Assembly (NCBI RefSeq): GCF_000143415.4
Contig: NW_003314280.1
Location: forward strand, 1,612,894-1,676,893
Direction of reading: 5' to 3'
Origin: Selaginella moellendorffii
Taxonomy: Eukaryota > Plantae > Lycopodiophyta
Length of the DNA stretch: 64,000 bases
Below are positions 1 through 13,402 of this stretch, piece by piece. The translations under genes and the position numbers were made by a program. Numbering within the stretch: position 1 is the first letter of the stretch; every line of letters starts with the position of its first letter. Below the pieces are notes generated by a model, which was given only the letters and a program-made list of their open reading frames with translations, was not told the origin of the DNA and searched no databases.

Positions 1-844
1 GTGGCCCTTGTGCCTGTCTTCTATAGTGTTCTACTTGGTGGTAGGTTGCAGCTTGCATTTTGTTAAGACTTTATGAGAGTAGTGAGCTTTCACTAATCCT
101 GATATAGTCTTAGTGGCCCTACACCTTGGCTGAGGATGGTGATATCCAACTTAATTGTTTAAAGTTGAGATGTTGGTACCCGTACTATAGCTTTGTATAT
201 GAGGAGGTTGTGTACCAATATGAATCCATCTTGTGGTTTTCACTTTAGTTTCAGCCAAATGTTGATTATGCATAGTTAGCCTCGTCAAGGCATGCTCAGA
301 GCTATTGGCTAAATGCATTAGTGAGCTTATTTCGGTTAAGTTGGATTCAAGTGGTCATTTAGTTCGTGCTTGTCCATGAACCTAAATCTCATATATGAGG
401 TATTACATTATTGTTGGACAAATATATGACTTGATGGCATGAGTTTAGTGTTTGGGTCTTATGAAGGCAAGTTGAAGGAGTGATTGTCGGTTGCTTGGCA
501 ACTAATGATTGCTTGTAGACTTTGTCAAAGACTGTTTAACACTTGCTTCACTCAATGATGATTTAGCAGTGATGGGCTTGCTTTACTGGATGGTGTTACA
601 GAGGATCATGTTGTTAGAGTTACATGGTTTTTTCCATATTGGCATATCGATTCCACCTCTGTCGATATCATTTTTGGTTGTGTTTACTACATAGTAATGG
701 ATTTCATTGAATCTTGGATGTAGTGATTCACTCCTTGAGGAAGTATTATCTATAACTGAGTATTGTTGAAGAACTGGTCTCAGATACTGACTTAAGTAAC
801 TTCGACCTTGGTTAGTTTGGTTGCTAAAGAGTTTTGAGTGGTGA

Positions 845-2494
845 TGTGAGACACAAAATCCCTAAGCCTCAAAGTGGAGCTAGAAAGGGTGCCACATGGT
901 AGTGGCCAAAGCGAAAGCCAAACAAGCGTAATGCGTTTGGACTAAAAGCTTCGACTTGGAAGGTCGAGAGCGGGAGTGGAACTCCCAACAAAGGGCTCGA
1001 GGAACAAGCGCGAAGCGAGCAATAAACAAGGTTCCAAAAAGGGACCCAAAAAGGACCAACACATGACACGTGGAAGTGTCCGAGATGGAGTCCGAGACGG
1101 ACCCTAGTTGGAGTCCGAGATGGACCTGAAGTGGAGTCCGAAGTGGAGTCCGAAGTGGAGTCCGAGATGGAGTCTGATATGGAGTCCGAGATGGACCCGA
1201 AGTGGAGTCCGAGATGGAGTCCGAGGTGGACCGAGACTGAGTCCGAGATGGACCCGAGATGGAGTCTGAGATGGATCGAGATGGAGTTCGAGATGGAGTC
1301 CGAGATGGACCGAGACGGAGTCCGAGATGGAGTCTGAGATGGAGTCCGAGAAGGACCCGAGATGGAGTCCGAGGTCGAGACCGAGACCGAGACCGGGACC
1401 GAGACCGGGGCCGAGATCGAGACCGAGGCCAAGGCGAGACCGAGCCCGAGCCCGAGTCCGAGTCCGAGTCCGAGTCCGAGCCTGAGTCTGAGTCTGAGAG
1501 GGTGAAAGCCCAAAGCGTTCGTCTCCCAGACCCTGGGGGGTTTGGTGAGCTCCAAAAGTATAGTAAGGGGGAGGACTGCAGTAGAGCCAGTTTGGCCAGG
1601 AAATGTCAGTTTGGCCCAGGAAGGCCAGGCCCAGTGTTGGGTGATGAGCTGACCACTGGAAAGTCCAAGACTAGAGTGAACATGGACCGACAAGCGGGGT
1701 AGCTTGGTGAAGTGTTCAAGAGCCGGCTCTAGTTCCCCCGGGAGATCAACTGGCCGATGCTCCCAGTCTAAGTGTGGGTGGCACTACCTACTTGGATACC
1801 AAGTGTGGCTCAACGGAACCTCGCTCTAAGCCCATGGCTAGAGCACCTAAAGGCAAAAGGCGGGGAGAGTACCCAGGTGGCTCGCATAAGGCCACGGTGT
1901 TCCGAAATGTTGTCCCAAAAGCCCAGACTGTGGAAAGGAAGAGGAGCAGTCCTCTGGGGTAGTGACCAAGGACACAGTCGTGTGGTGAGGAAGTCCTAGA
2001 GGACCGTAGGACTTAGTGGTCGGGCCGGTGGGCCTCGATTCAGTGGTAGTGTTGGTGAACACGGCCGTGGGCAGAAAGGGACTTGGTGGGGACTAGAAAA
2101 GGGATATTAGAGAAGGCTATTCCCCACATCTGTGGGCATCCTATGGATGCTAAGGAGTGGATCTGGAATGATCACTCATGGACGGATGGTCCAGTCCTTG
2201 AGAGACGGGATTGTGATGCAGGTGGTGTTAGACCACCGGTATGACCAAGGTAAAGGGGCATGGCCTTAGCGTAACGGGCTAGTATATCGGTGGTACCTTG
2301 GGGTGTCGGTCTTGGGACCGGACACGTGGAGCACTTGGACTAAGTGCAAGGGATGAGTGGCATAGATGCCATTCTCGGGGCTAGCAAGTCCCAAGTCCTG
2401 AATTGGACTTATGGAGGTTGTGAATGTGACTCCTTCAAGTGGTCGGAGGTGTGGTTAAGTGACTAAAGTAGAATGGAAAATTTAGTCGCTTACA
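845..2494 (+). repeat. A1 5' LTR (1650 bp)
   Basis: TGTGAGACAC...GTCGCTTACA; direct repeat of 6591-8331. Confidence 0.92.
1080..1498 (+). repeat. Minisatellite in the A LTR: (GAGATGGAGTCC)n, then (CCGAGA)n and (CCGAGT)n
   Basis: Visible 12-bp and 6-bp tandem units; they generate the spurious MESE/SDSD/GLGL ORFs. Confidence 0.9.
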
Positions 2495-2497
2495 ACT

Positions 2498-2509
2498 TGG
2501 TATCGGAGC
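2498..2509 (+). promoter_or_regulatory. Primer-binding site of A1 (initiator tRNA-Met)
   Basis: TGGTATCGGAGC 3 nt after the LTR; canonical sequence is TGGTATCAGAGC. Confidence 0.85.
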
Positions 2510-5500
2510 TGTTCCTTAGTCCGACTTTTATTGGTGCTCAAGTATATCACCATTGATATTGGCATCGGAAGGTCCTAGGAGTGGGCCTATCCTTGAGGAG
2601 TAGCACGTCGAAAGGACATGGCTCTCCACTCGAGTTCATGCATGAACTTGGGCGCGATGTGGTGGATAGAAAAGGGGCCAGTAAGGGAATGACTTTGGGA
2701 TCTTGGGAACAGTATATGGTTTTCCTCAGAGAGTTGAGGATGTGATCCAGATGAGCGTTTGACTTAGCAAACTGGCTAATGTAGTTGTGGTAAACAACTA
2801 TAGCTGGGATCACGGGAAAGATAAAGACTCCAAAACAATAAAGGAGTCACAAGATTATCCTCATATAGTTGAGGTTAATGCTCATGAATGTGAGACTTGA
2901 AGTGATGACCATGGGAGGTCAAATACGGAAGAGGACTCAAGTTCTTGAAATGGTAGCCAAGGCTACCTTTAATAAATGCTGGAACAACCCAAGGAATTGG
3001 GGGGTGTACTTAGAGATGAGTTGGTATTCTCATCACATGGACAAGTAGTCCTAAGGGACAAAGGTTGCCCTAGAGAACAAAATCAAGTGTCAGAGCAACA
3101 CTTCTGAAAATAGTCCTTGTGAGTGAGGACATGAATGCAAGAAGTGTATTCCAGTGAGCTAGTGCCCGACAAATAAAACCTTATGGGTCTGTGGATTAAC
3201 CAAGTCCAAAACTGCTGGATGACTCAAGTAGAGTCAAGGAATGGTCCTAAAGGACTGATGGAAGCATTTGGACTGAAGTGTGTGGTACCCCACGAAGGAT
3301 GGGGGGGATCATAGGATCCAAGGATGAGAACAGAGGGTATCTCGTCGATGGCAAAATGTCCCATGCTAAAGTCATGGGAAGGGTGTTCCCAAAAAGAAAA
3401 CAACTTTGAAACAAAGTTGTGTGTGACCTCTATGGTGCAATGCTAACGGATAGTTGGCATGAGAAAGAGTGGTATTGGTCTTGGCAAAAACTTAGACACA
3501 AAGAAGATGTGTCATAGAGGTAGGCTCGTGGAGCCGATGGTGTGGAGACACCAAATGTGCCAAGGTGTGATACCTTGAGGCTATGTTGGTGGGTTCATGA
3601 GAACCCCTTGCCAAAGGAATCCCAATGGAAATGAGAATGGCATAGCCTAAGCTGCAGAGCATGCAGTTGGAGTGTGGTGACCCAGATAATGATGGAGGTG
3701 TGGAAGCACCAGCAATGAGTTGTAAGACTTGACAACTATGAGGCAACTAAGCAAGAGGTGCAAAATAATTGGTTAAACGGGTAGAAGGTAGCTACCCAAG
3801 CCTTCTTAATGGCATAAGGAAATTAGATATACCCTTACGGGGGATAAGTTGTTTATATTGCGATATAGTAAGTCAATGTCATGAAAGGAAATACTCATTG
3901 TCAAGGAAGCTGTCATTGGGACACCTGAACACTCTAGAACACCAGGAGGTGGTGTTTGATGTTGCGAGGGTAATAGATAAGGCCCAAGGGACTAAGTCCC
4001 TAGTGAATGATGGATAGAAGGTGCTATCCAAATGTCCAAGGTGGTGGAGACAGGAGAAGACTATATACTCGAATTGGACAAAGCAAAAAATGGAATTTTG
4101 GCAAGGCTAGCGATGGGCATGTAAAGGCCCATAAGCAACAACGTAATCTCGGTGTGTGGGATTATAGGGTGAGCATACCTGGATTGAGGAACCACTCCCT
4201 AGGCTATCGGGTAGGTTCATCCCTAAGAATACTTGCTAAGGCATGATAGAAAGTGCAAAGCTATCCTCCTGGTCTGGAGTAGAATGAACGAAGGAAAGGT
4301 ATGAAGCCAAAAGCAAGAAGTATGGGGGTAGAACCAGACTATAGAAATCGAAGGGCATAACCAAGGTTGGTTATGCCAGTTGGGAGTGGAGAATCAAGTG
4401 GGGGCTCGAGGGTGTTGCCACTAGCAACCGTGATGCCATGGAGAGTCTAAAATATGGAATTGTCCATGTTAGACTATATGGTAATTGGAAAGCTTGCAAA
4501 AAGGGAGGCCTTAGCAAGCTAAGGGATAGAGTTCCTTCAAGATTCCCAACGATGATTCTAGGTAGTTTAGTACCTAGAAAGGCCAAGCATAAATGGTTCA
4601 AAGAACGCGCGAAATCAGAGTGGCGCAGCAGAAGCGTGGTCTTGAAGCTTGCCATGAGGCAAGGCTATCAAGGTTAGGGAAGTAGTTCTTGAGTGTTCAA
4701 AGAGAGGGCTTTGAACGAAAGTCGATGATCAAGGGTTTTCACGCTTGTGCAGGAACCATGTTACAGTGGTCGGAGGACTTGCCAAAGCGAGATTGGCAAG
4801 TCAGGGGAACAAATACCCTAGTTGAAGGTGATAACTTCAAAAAGGGTGGGCTATGGGGCCAAGCCTGGAGGAGTCCATGCATGATCACAGACTTGTCAAG
4901 TAAGAGGACTTGGCAGTGTGGAGGAACTAGGTTCCTAAGCTGTGATCTATAGCGCACTTTGAGTATAAGTTGGTGCACCGGTGTGGGGAGTCACGCCAGG
5001 CATCTTGGATGATGCCTTCTGTAGATGCATATACGGAGGTTGGGTTCGAGTCCCGACCCTTTAGTGCTTGGGTTCAAGTCCCAAATCACTAGGACGTGGT
5101 GATGGTTTGGAATATGAGGACACTTATATTTCGGTGGTCATGGACTCTCAGTGAGAAGACTGGTTTGGGTACACCGCCAAATGAGGGATGCCTTGGAGTC
5201 GTGATGCACGGTTAGATTGCTTAGAGTGAAAGCTCAACATATCTAACTTGAACACTTTGGTGCAAAAGGCACCAAGGACGTGGTGAATGAGATGGGGACA
5301 CCCAGTCTCAGTTGCTATGGATCCTTGGCCGAAAGGGCTAGTTTGGGCGCACCGCCAAGTGTGGGGGATGCCCCCAGGGTCATAGTCAACAACTTAGTAA
5401 GGTCTGGAAAACCTAATTCCTATTGGTAGACCTATTAAGGGGTCAAGATGAAATCACTAGGTGATCTTATGGCTAAACAAGGACAAGGTCTTTGTTTGGG

Positions 5501-6590
5501 TTAAAGAATATAATTCCTAGTTCAAAGTGTTGATTTGAACTATTGATAAAGGTGTGGCTTGGTCAAGGTGACTAAGGACACCTAAGGGAAATGAACTACT
5601 ACAATACAATGGTATTATGAGTTCAAGAAAATAGTCTCCAGAGACAGGCCCATGGGTGGGTCACAAGGTTGGGTTAGGAAGAGAGCCTAGAACAGTTGGG
5701 GAGACTTACTAGGGGTGAACACCCTAGTCTGGGCAAAGCAGATCCTTTGCTATGGAACCAAAAGAATACCTCCAAGAGGGAGGTAATGATCCTATGTTGC
5801 TTGGTGCAACAATCCAAGGATAGGAGCAAAAGACGAGTGCCCAAGGTAGGGCCGTGGAATCCATTGGAAAGAATCCAAATGGCAAAGTTAGCCAAGGAAC
5901 ACTAATGTGTTTGATGCTAACGGATTGCGGAAAAAGAAGTGGACTTCCAAGGATGGATTCCCAAGTGCTCCAATTTGGCAAGGGAAAGGCTCCAAGTGAG
6001 GGAGCAACTAAGGAGCCAAAAGATAGGGCCGTGGACAGCTCTAGCACAAATAATGATAAATGGAACGTAATGCCAATGGTGGCACAAAAATAGAAAAGAG
6101 GATGAGGGTGCCCTCGAGTAGAGAACTTCCTAGGAGGGGAAGTGGAGTTGCACAAAATGTGCAAGGCAAGGTGTCGGAGACACCTAGGAAATTGACTTCA
6201 AGAAGTCAGAGGTAAACATTCCAAAGTGCAAAGGTAGATCAATGGAACATGTGACTACTCAAGAATGAGTAGTGGAATTGAGTTAGAGAGGGTGTCTCTA
6301 ACGGGTTTAGCAAGAACTGAACCAATAAAAAGGAGCAACCCACCCCAGGTGGTCAAGTGAGTCTCTAAGTTGGAGAGACTATCCTCCTTGGAGGATGGGC
6401 AAGGCATGGTGAGCCTTTGGTGTCAAACCATTGACGAATATGGAGAAGGCATGGTAAGCCTTCAATGTCAAACCATTGACAAATATTGGCTAGGTGCCAA
6501 GGATGGAAATGGTAACACATGTGGGTGTTACTTTATAAAATGGTTTACCGTTCGATGAGGACATCGAACTTCGTCTATGGGTGGTGGAGT

Positions 6591-8331
6591 TGTGAGACAC
6601 AAAATCCCTAAGCCTCAAAGTGGAGCTGGAAAGGGTGCCACGTGGTAGTGGCCGAAGCGAAAGCCAAACGAGCGTAACACATTTGGACTAAAAGCTCCGA
6701 CTTGGAAGGTCGAGAGCGGGAGTGGAACTCCCAACAAAGGGCTCGAGGAACAAGCACGAAGCGAGCAATAAGCAAGGTTCCAAAAAAGGACCCAAAAAGG
6801 ACCAACACATGACACGTGGAAGTGTCCGAGATGGAGTCCGAGACGAACCCTAGTTGGAGTCCAAGATGGACCCGAAGTGGAGTCCAAAGTGGAGTCCGAG
6901 ATGGAGTCCAATATGGAGTCCGAGATGGACCCGAAGTGGAGTCCGAGGTGGACCGAGACGGAGTCCGAGATGGACCTGAGGTGGAGTCCGAGATGGAGTC
7001 CGAGATGGACCCGAGATGGAGTCCGAGATGGAGTCCAAGGTCGACCGAGACGGAGTCCGAGATGGACCCGAGATGGAGTCCGAGATGGACTGAGATGGAG
7101 TTCGAGATGGAGTCCGAGATGGAGTCCGAGATGGACCGAGATGGAGTCCGAGATGGAGTCTGAGATGGAGTCCAAGAAGGACCCGAGATGGAGTCCGAAG
7201 TCGAGACTGAGACCGAGACCGAGACCGGGACCGAGACCGGGGCCAAGACCAAGACCGAGGCCAAGGCGAGACCAAGCCCAAGCCCGAGTCCGAGTCCGAG
7301 TCCGAGTCCGAGTCTGAGTCTGAGTCCGAGTCCGAGCCCGAGTCCGAGTCTGAGAGGGTGAAAGCCCAAAGCGTTTGTCTCCCAGACCCTGGGGGGTTTG
7401 GTGAGCTCCAAAAGTATAGTAAGGGGGAGGACTGCAGTGGAGCCAGTTTGGCCAGGAAAGGCCAGGCCCAGTGTTGGGTGATGAGCTGACCACTGGAAAG
7501 TCCAAGACTAGAGTGAACATGGACCGACAAGCGGGGTAGCTTGGTGAAGTGTTCAAGAGCCGGCTCTAGTTCCCCCGGGAGATCGACTGGCCGATGCTCC
7601 CAGTCCAAGTGTGGGTGGCACTACCTACTTGGATACCAGGCGTGGCTCAACGGAACCTCGCTCTAAGCCCATGGCTAGAGCACCTAAAGGCGAAAGGCGG
7701 GGAGAGTACCCAGGTGGCTCGCGTAAGGCCACGGTGTTCCGAAATGTTGTCCCAAAAGCCCAGACTGTGGAAAGGAAGAGGAGCAGTCCTCTGGGGTAGT
7801 GACCAAGGACACAGTCGTGTGGTGAGGAAGTCCTAGAGGACCGTAGGACTTAGTGGTCGGGCCAGTGGGCCTTGATTCAGTGGTAGTGTTGGTGAACATG
7901 GCCGTGGGCAGAAAGGGACTTGGTGGGGACCAGAAAAGGGATATTGGGGAAGGCTATTCCCCACGTCTGTGGGCATCCTATGGATGCTAAGGAGTGGATC
8001 TGGAATGATCACTCATGGACGGATGGTCCAGTCCTTGAGAGACGGGATTGTGATGCAGGTGGTGTTAGACCACCGGTATGACCAAGGTAAAGGGGCATGG
8101 CCTTAGCGTAACGGGCTAGTATGTCGGTGGTACCTTGGGGTGTCGGTCTTGGGACTGGACACATGAAGCACTTGGACTAAGTGCAAGGGATGAGTGGCAT
8201 GGATGCCATTCTCGGGGCTAGCAAGTCCCAAGTCCTGAATTGGACTTATGGAGGTTGTGAATAAGACTCCTCCAAGTGGTCAGAGGTGTGGTTAAGTGAC
8301 TAAAGTAGAATGGAAAATTTAGTCGCTTACA
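6591..8331 (+). repeat. A1 3' LTR (1741 bp), preceded by PPT-like GGGTGGTGGAG
   Basis: Direct repeat of 845-2494 with a longer 12-bp array (~6825-7355). Confidence 0.92.
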
Positions 8332-10457
8332 AGTGATTCACTCTTGCTTTCTTCTAGCTTGTTCTGTTGTTAATGGCATTGAAGTGATGTCTTGTCGTTG
8401 ACATTATTTTTGTTGAGATTCAAGTGAAATAAAGTGTCTCTCCATAGGATTAATATTGAGTGTCATTAGTCTCGATGTAAAAAATGTTGATGATTTGGTT
8501 ATAACTTTGTGTTATTGGTATTCGTGCATTTGCTAGCTAGCAACTGTATTAACATTCAAATGAACTAAGTGGCAAGTTTGAGTTAGTTATGTTCTAGAAA
8601 AGATTGTTTAGTAGGGGTTGAGGTTTAAGCTTTTCCTTGAAAAGTGATTTAGTCATGGACTATGCTAACTCTACAAGTGGAATAGTTAGTGATTGATATT
8701 GGAATGTTTGAATCCTTGTTAGATTTGAGTTGGAATATATTGATCATTGATGATTCCTCTTGTGCTTGTTACGATATAAGTTACGTCTTACTATAGATGG
8801 ATTCATGGAGGATCGTTTGATGATCACTTGTTTAGTATAACTTCATTGTGTTTAGCTTTTGGATTGATGCATATATGCTCTTCATTAACTTTGCATTATG
8901 AAGTTTAACTTATGGATGTGTTGAGGAGGATATTATGGATTGTGCCTTGATTTCTTCTTTAACATTGAAGTTAGTTCATGTGAGAGTTATGATCATTGTT
9001 AGGCAAGACTATGAAGGCAAGACTATGAACTTCTTCAAGCTTTTGGTTTCTTGAGTTTTCATGCTCATTATTCCATTTGTTAGAAGTTGTTGGGGCAAGC
9101 ATTTTGGCTCATTAGCTTCGATGTTGAAGTTGGTTTTTGCATTTAACAATCTTTAGTGATGATTGACTATCATCTAGGATAATTGATTACCCTTATTAAA
9201 AGGGTTTTACTTAATTGTTGTTGATATAGAATGTTTTCCTATTCTTTGGGATGGTGGATTTCTTCTTTGACGATGATTATGTATATATCTTTTGATGGGA
9301 TGATTGATGATCTTTATGATAGTTAATTATTCTCTTTGATAGCTTATGGTTTTTTGCAATACCATATATTCTTTGTGGTTTGCTTTGGATTGGTCTCTTG
9401 GGTTTGAGACATCAATAGGATGTTGCTAACACTTACTAAAGCAACTTGGGTTCCTTCATATTGTTAACTGGGATTTATTCTGATTGGCTGGTGCGATAGT
9501 TGGCATGACTAAGTGTTTGTTGGTCTTATTCTATTCTATTGATTATTGTTCAAGTGAGTTTTGATAGATTATTATGTTATTTCTTTCGGGTGATACATTC
9601 GTGAGCATTTTGTTTGTCAGTCAATGATACTTTGTGTTCTTTGAGCTGTCTTTTGTAAGTTGTTTGGCATGCTATCTAATCTTTGGTAGTTAAGTTTTCT
9701 CATTGAGTTTTCTTGATGATACACTTGCTATTGACTTTTGTTAGATAGTGAATCCTATGTTTTTCAACCATAATGATCTTGGTGGTTCCTATACTCTAAT
9801 ATTGGTTTATCAGATGATAACTTATTTGGAATACTTTCGTGTTCTAAAATAAACTTTATTCACTGATAATTAAGACTCTAAGATATCATTGTCTTTGACT
9901 TTGATATTGTTCATATATTGATCTTTGCATTTGGGCTAGTATATGCAAATTGGCTTCGGCACTTCATGTGCATGTTGAAATCTCTAGTCATGGGGTAGCT
10001 ACTGTCGATTAGTCACATCATCTACCTCTTTATCGATGATCCTTATTTCGTTAAAAGGGCGTGACTATGTAAACAACTATAACTGCTTGTTTAAAGTAGT
10101 CTATTTAAACCTTACCGATGGGTTTGGTTTCTTTGCTCAGGAGGGTTAGAGCCTCTGGCTTCTCTCTCTATATCCTTGTGGGCAAAGCATATCACACTTT
10201 TGTAAGTTGCGTGACACCCAGAGTAGCAAGGGTGGCTAACTCCATTAATCATTTCCTTGTCGGCGATGGCCGGAAAGTGTCTGAGCTGGTAGCGCATCCA
10301 CATTAGACAAAGAGGTTGCCTCCTAACTCATTTAAGTTGGTGCATTTCTTAGATAGTATGATCACTGTGAACTTTTTTTTTGGAGTTGTTTCCTTTGTGG
10401 TAGTCTAGACTCGAGTATGCATCGACGAGGACATTGATCTTCTCTAGGGGGTGAGAG

Positions 10458-11581
10458 TGTCACGAATGTGACTTCGGGTATTGAAAGTTACTTGTTGGCT
10501 AATCTTTACGGACACTCTTTCCTTACTACCACGATAGCAGGAGGTTGGTGTTGTTGGACCCTTTATTAGTCCCTCTTGTGCTAGTGGAGTTAATTGGGCA
10601 TTTTGAGTATACTTAGACCGGACGAGCATAAGGACGGAATTCCTACGTGTTATTAGCTAAGCATACTTAGCCCGGTAAGGAGTTCCTGTCTCGTTATGTC
10701 TTGCACTGGCTAGTGACAAAAACCCTTGTGTATTGAGATTAGTCCCTCAATATCGCTGGATGATAGTTTACTGTGTCTGCCAAACACCTTTGCTATCATG
10801 CCCTTTGTGTTAGTCTCATTCCGGTCCTAAATGCTATTTAGGGAAAGTGTCCAAATTTGCTCATTTGGCATATCTATGGAATGTAAAGATTGTTTTGAAC
10901 ACAACGTGTCCAAATTTACAATCTAGCACCGTTCTATATTTAGTAAGTTTTGAGCTTGTCCCAGAGACTAACTCCTGATACTAAGGGAAAAAGCTTGGGG
11001 TGAAAGCCCAAAGTGTGTTTTCCTCAGGGGGGGGGAGGGGCTATGGGGGTTCCAAATGTATAATAGGGATAGTGGGTAGGTTGGGCATGGCTGACTAACT
11101 TAAAGCATAGTCTAACTCCCGCTTGTATACCTGTCCTTGTTCTGCGTTCGACTTGGGTCTAAGCCCAAGTTCTATTCCATGCTAGCTGGTGGAGTACCCA
11201 TGTCCTTGCATTAGGCCACCGGTATGCTGAAATAGCGCCAAACTTTGTTTGGCTCTGTTTTGCGTGCTAGTCCCAACATTGGGATGTTGGTTGCTCTAGG
11301 ACTGTTTCAAGTTGCTCTAGGCTCTTGTCCCCTCGCTCCTTGGGATGTATGCTCAGGAGTTGGTCCATGGTTTGGTTCCATCACTCCTTGGCTCCAAGCT
11401 TGGCAGTTTGGCACCGTTCCTTCGTTCAGTGGCCCAAGGCTCTGAAACTCGGGTTCCACACCATTATCCTTTGGACACATGGCATGTGACATGTGGCACA
11501 TGGAGGGTTTACATTTTGCTTTGTGGTGTTATCGTATGGTAAATCACCATAGGATAAAGGGTAAAAACCACATGTGCTACA
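10458..11581 (+). repeat. B1 3' LTR
   Basis: TGTCACGAATGTG...TGTGCTACA; homologous to the B2 LTRs in reverse complement. Confidence 0.88.
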
Positions 11582-12199
11582 CTCGAACTCAGACTCGAAC
11601 TCGAATTTAGACTCAGACTCAGATTCAGACTCGGTCTCAGACTCAAACTCAAACTCGGTCTTGGTCTCAGTCTCGGTCTCGGCTTTGATCTCAATCTTGG
11701 TCTCGACCTTGATCTTAGTCTCGGCCTCAATCTCAGACTCAATCTCGGTTTCCATCTTGGACTTGACCTCGGGCTCCAGCTCAGACTCCATTTCAAACTC
11801 CATCTTGGGTCCATCTCGGACTTCTTCTCAGAATTTATCTCAAACTCTATCTTAGGTCCATCTTAGGTCCATCTTGAAATCCAACTTGGACTCCATCTTA
11901 GACTCCTTCTTGGACCCTATCTCGGATCCATCTTAGACTCCTTCTTGGACTTTATCTTTGATCCATCTTGAACTCAATCCTAACACTTCCATATATCATG
12001 TGTTAGTCATTTTATGTACCTTTTCTAGAGGCTCACTTATGGATTGCTTCGTGCTTATTCCTCAAACTCTTTGTTAGGAGTTTCACTCTTATTTACACTT
12101 GATTTTTTAAGTCAGAGCTTTTAGTCCAAATGTATTATGCTCGTTTGGCTTTTGCTTCAACTACTACTATGTGGCACCCTCTCAGCTCCACTTTGGGGC
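11582..12199 (-). repeat. Part of the 3' LTR of family A copy A2 (host of B1 and C)
   Basis: Reverse complement of the A LTR from about nt 25, with a decayed 12/6-bp array. It ends in GGGGC at the C insertion. Confidence 0.85.
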
Positions 12200-12321
12200 T
12201 GTCGCGAATGTGACTTAGGGTATCGAAAAATACTTATCGACCAGTCCTTACGGACACTCTTTCCTTACTGCCATGATGGCAGGAGGTCAGTACAGTTGGA
12301 TCCCTTTAGTAGCCCCTCTTG

Positions 12322-13402
12322 ATGGGTACAAGCAACAACAACCTTCAAAACCTGCTCCTAGTGGAACGGGTAGTGTGGGTCATTGCTTCCATTGTGAAGA
12401 GTTGGGACATAGGTCCTTGGAATGTCCCAACAAGCATAAGACAAGATCTCGTGTTAATGTCATGAGGGAAGACGGTGGTGGTGAAGCCGAAGGGGTTGAC
12501 GAGTTGATCAATGTAGACTATGAGGAAGAAGAGGTGAGCAACTTTCATTGCTTTCCTCAAGCTTTTCTTGCAGTCAATGCAAACATTGATGTATTTGGTA
12601 GGCTTTGTCCGTGGACACTGAATCCAAGTGATGATTGACACGGGAGCTACGCACAGCGTGATATCTGAAGACTTAGTTAAGTTGTTAGGATTGAATGCTG
12701 AGCAAATGTCGCCTATGCACTTCCGGTTTGCAGAAGGTGGGCAAGTAGCTAGAAAGTTTGTGAGTGATATTCCAATAAAGATATCCAAGTGGAAAGAAAG
12801 AGTGGACTTGGTAGTGTTGAAGATACCAGATTTTCAAATGGTATTTGGTATGGACTTCTTCAACAAATATATAAAAGGGATTTATGGTGCTAGACAAAGT
12901 CGTATCACATTGAAATCAGAAGGATGTCCCGATGTATCCTTCCAGTTGCAAAAGCGTTCCTCAAAGGATTGGGATGCAAGGTTCCTGACTGCGAGGGCCG
13001 CTCAAAAAGTAGCTAAGAGGGGATGTCGGACCTTTTGGGTTCAAGTGATGGAAGCTGAGGGTGTGGGTGACTCAGTTCGAATCGATGACGGAGTTGATGC
13101 TGTACCAATGAAGATATTGGAGTTGTTGGCGCAGAATCAGGATATCTTTCTGAAGGATTTACCACCAAGGCTACCTCCTAGCCTTGAGGTTGATCATTGG
13201 ATTGAGGTTATTCCAGGTTCTAAACGACCTATGAAAGCTCCGTATCGATTGAACATTAAGGAGATGGCTGAACTCAAGAAGCAACTCACAGAGCTTCTTG
13301 AAAAAGGTCATATCCGACCAAGCAAGTCACCTTATGGAGCGCCAATCCTTTTTGTTATGAAAAAGGATAGAACCATAAGGATGTGTATTGACTATCGGGC
13401 AC
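12322..13402 (+). pseudogene. C gag C-terminus, aspartic protease and RT N-terminus
   Basis: Zinc knuckle CFHCEELGHRSLEC, protease IDTGATHS, RT start SKSPYGAPILFV...RMCIDYRAL; frameshifted. Confidence 0.9.

Larger units (their letters stand above)
845..8331 (+). mobile_element. Family A large non-autonomous LTR retrotransposon (LARD-like), complete copy A1
   Basis: TG...CA LTRs at 845-2494 and 6591-8331, TSD GGTGA/AGTGA (1 mismatch), Met PBS and PPT. The 4.1-kb interior has no recognisable gag/pol ORF. Confidence 0.9.
1..11581 (+). mobile_element. Family B non-coding LTR element copy B1, 3' part only, interrupted by A1
   Basis: 1-844 and 8332-10457 match the reverse complement of the B2 internal region (~14550-17500). 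PPT CTAGGGGGTGAGAG is followed by the 3' LTR. The 5' end lies outside the window. Confidence 0.85.

Noticed and set aside
1080-1498. CRISPR-like periodicity
   Set aside because: Contiguous tandem units without unique spacers, no cas genes, eukaryotic context.
1488-1520. Hammerhead ribozyme (retrozyme) in the A/B LTR, or at CTGATGA in the D LTR (~23556)
   Set aside because: The A/B motif lacks the CUGANGA...GAAA core order, and the D motif has no downstream stem II/GAAA.
869-1702. Long ORFs rich in MESE/SDSD/GLGL (also 6608-7608, 11426-11855, 33528-33814)
   Set aside because: By-products of 6/12-bp tandem repeats that are open in several frames on both strands inside LTRs.
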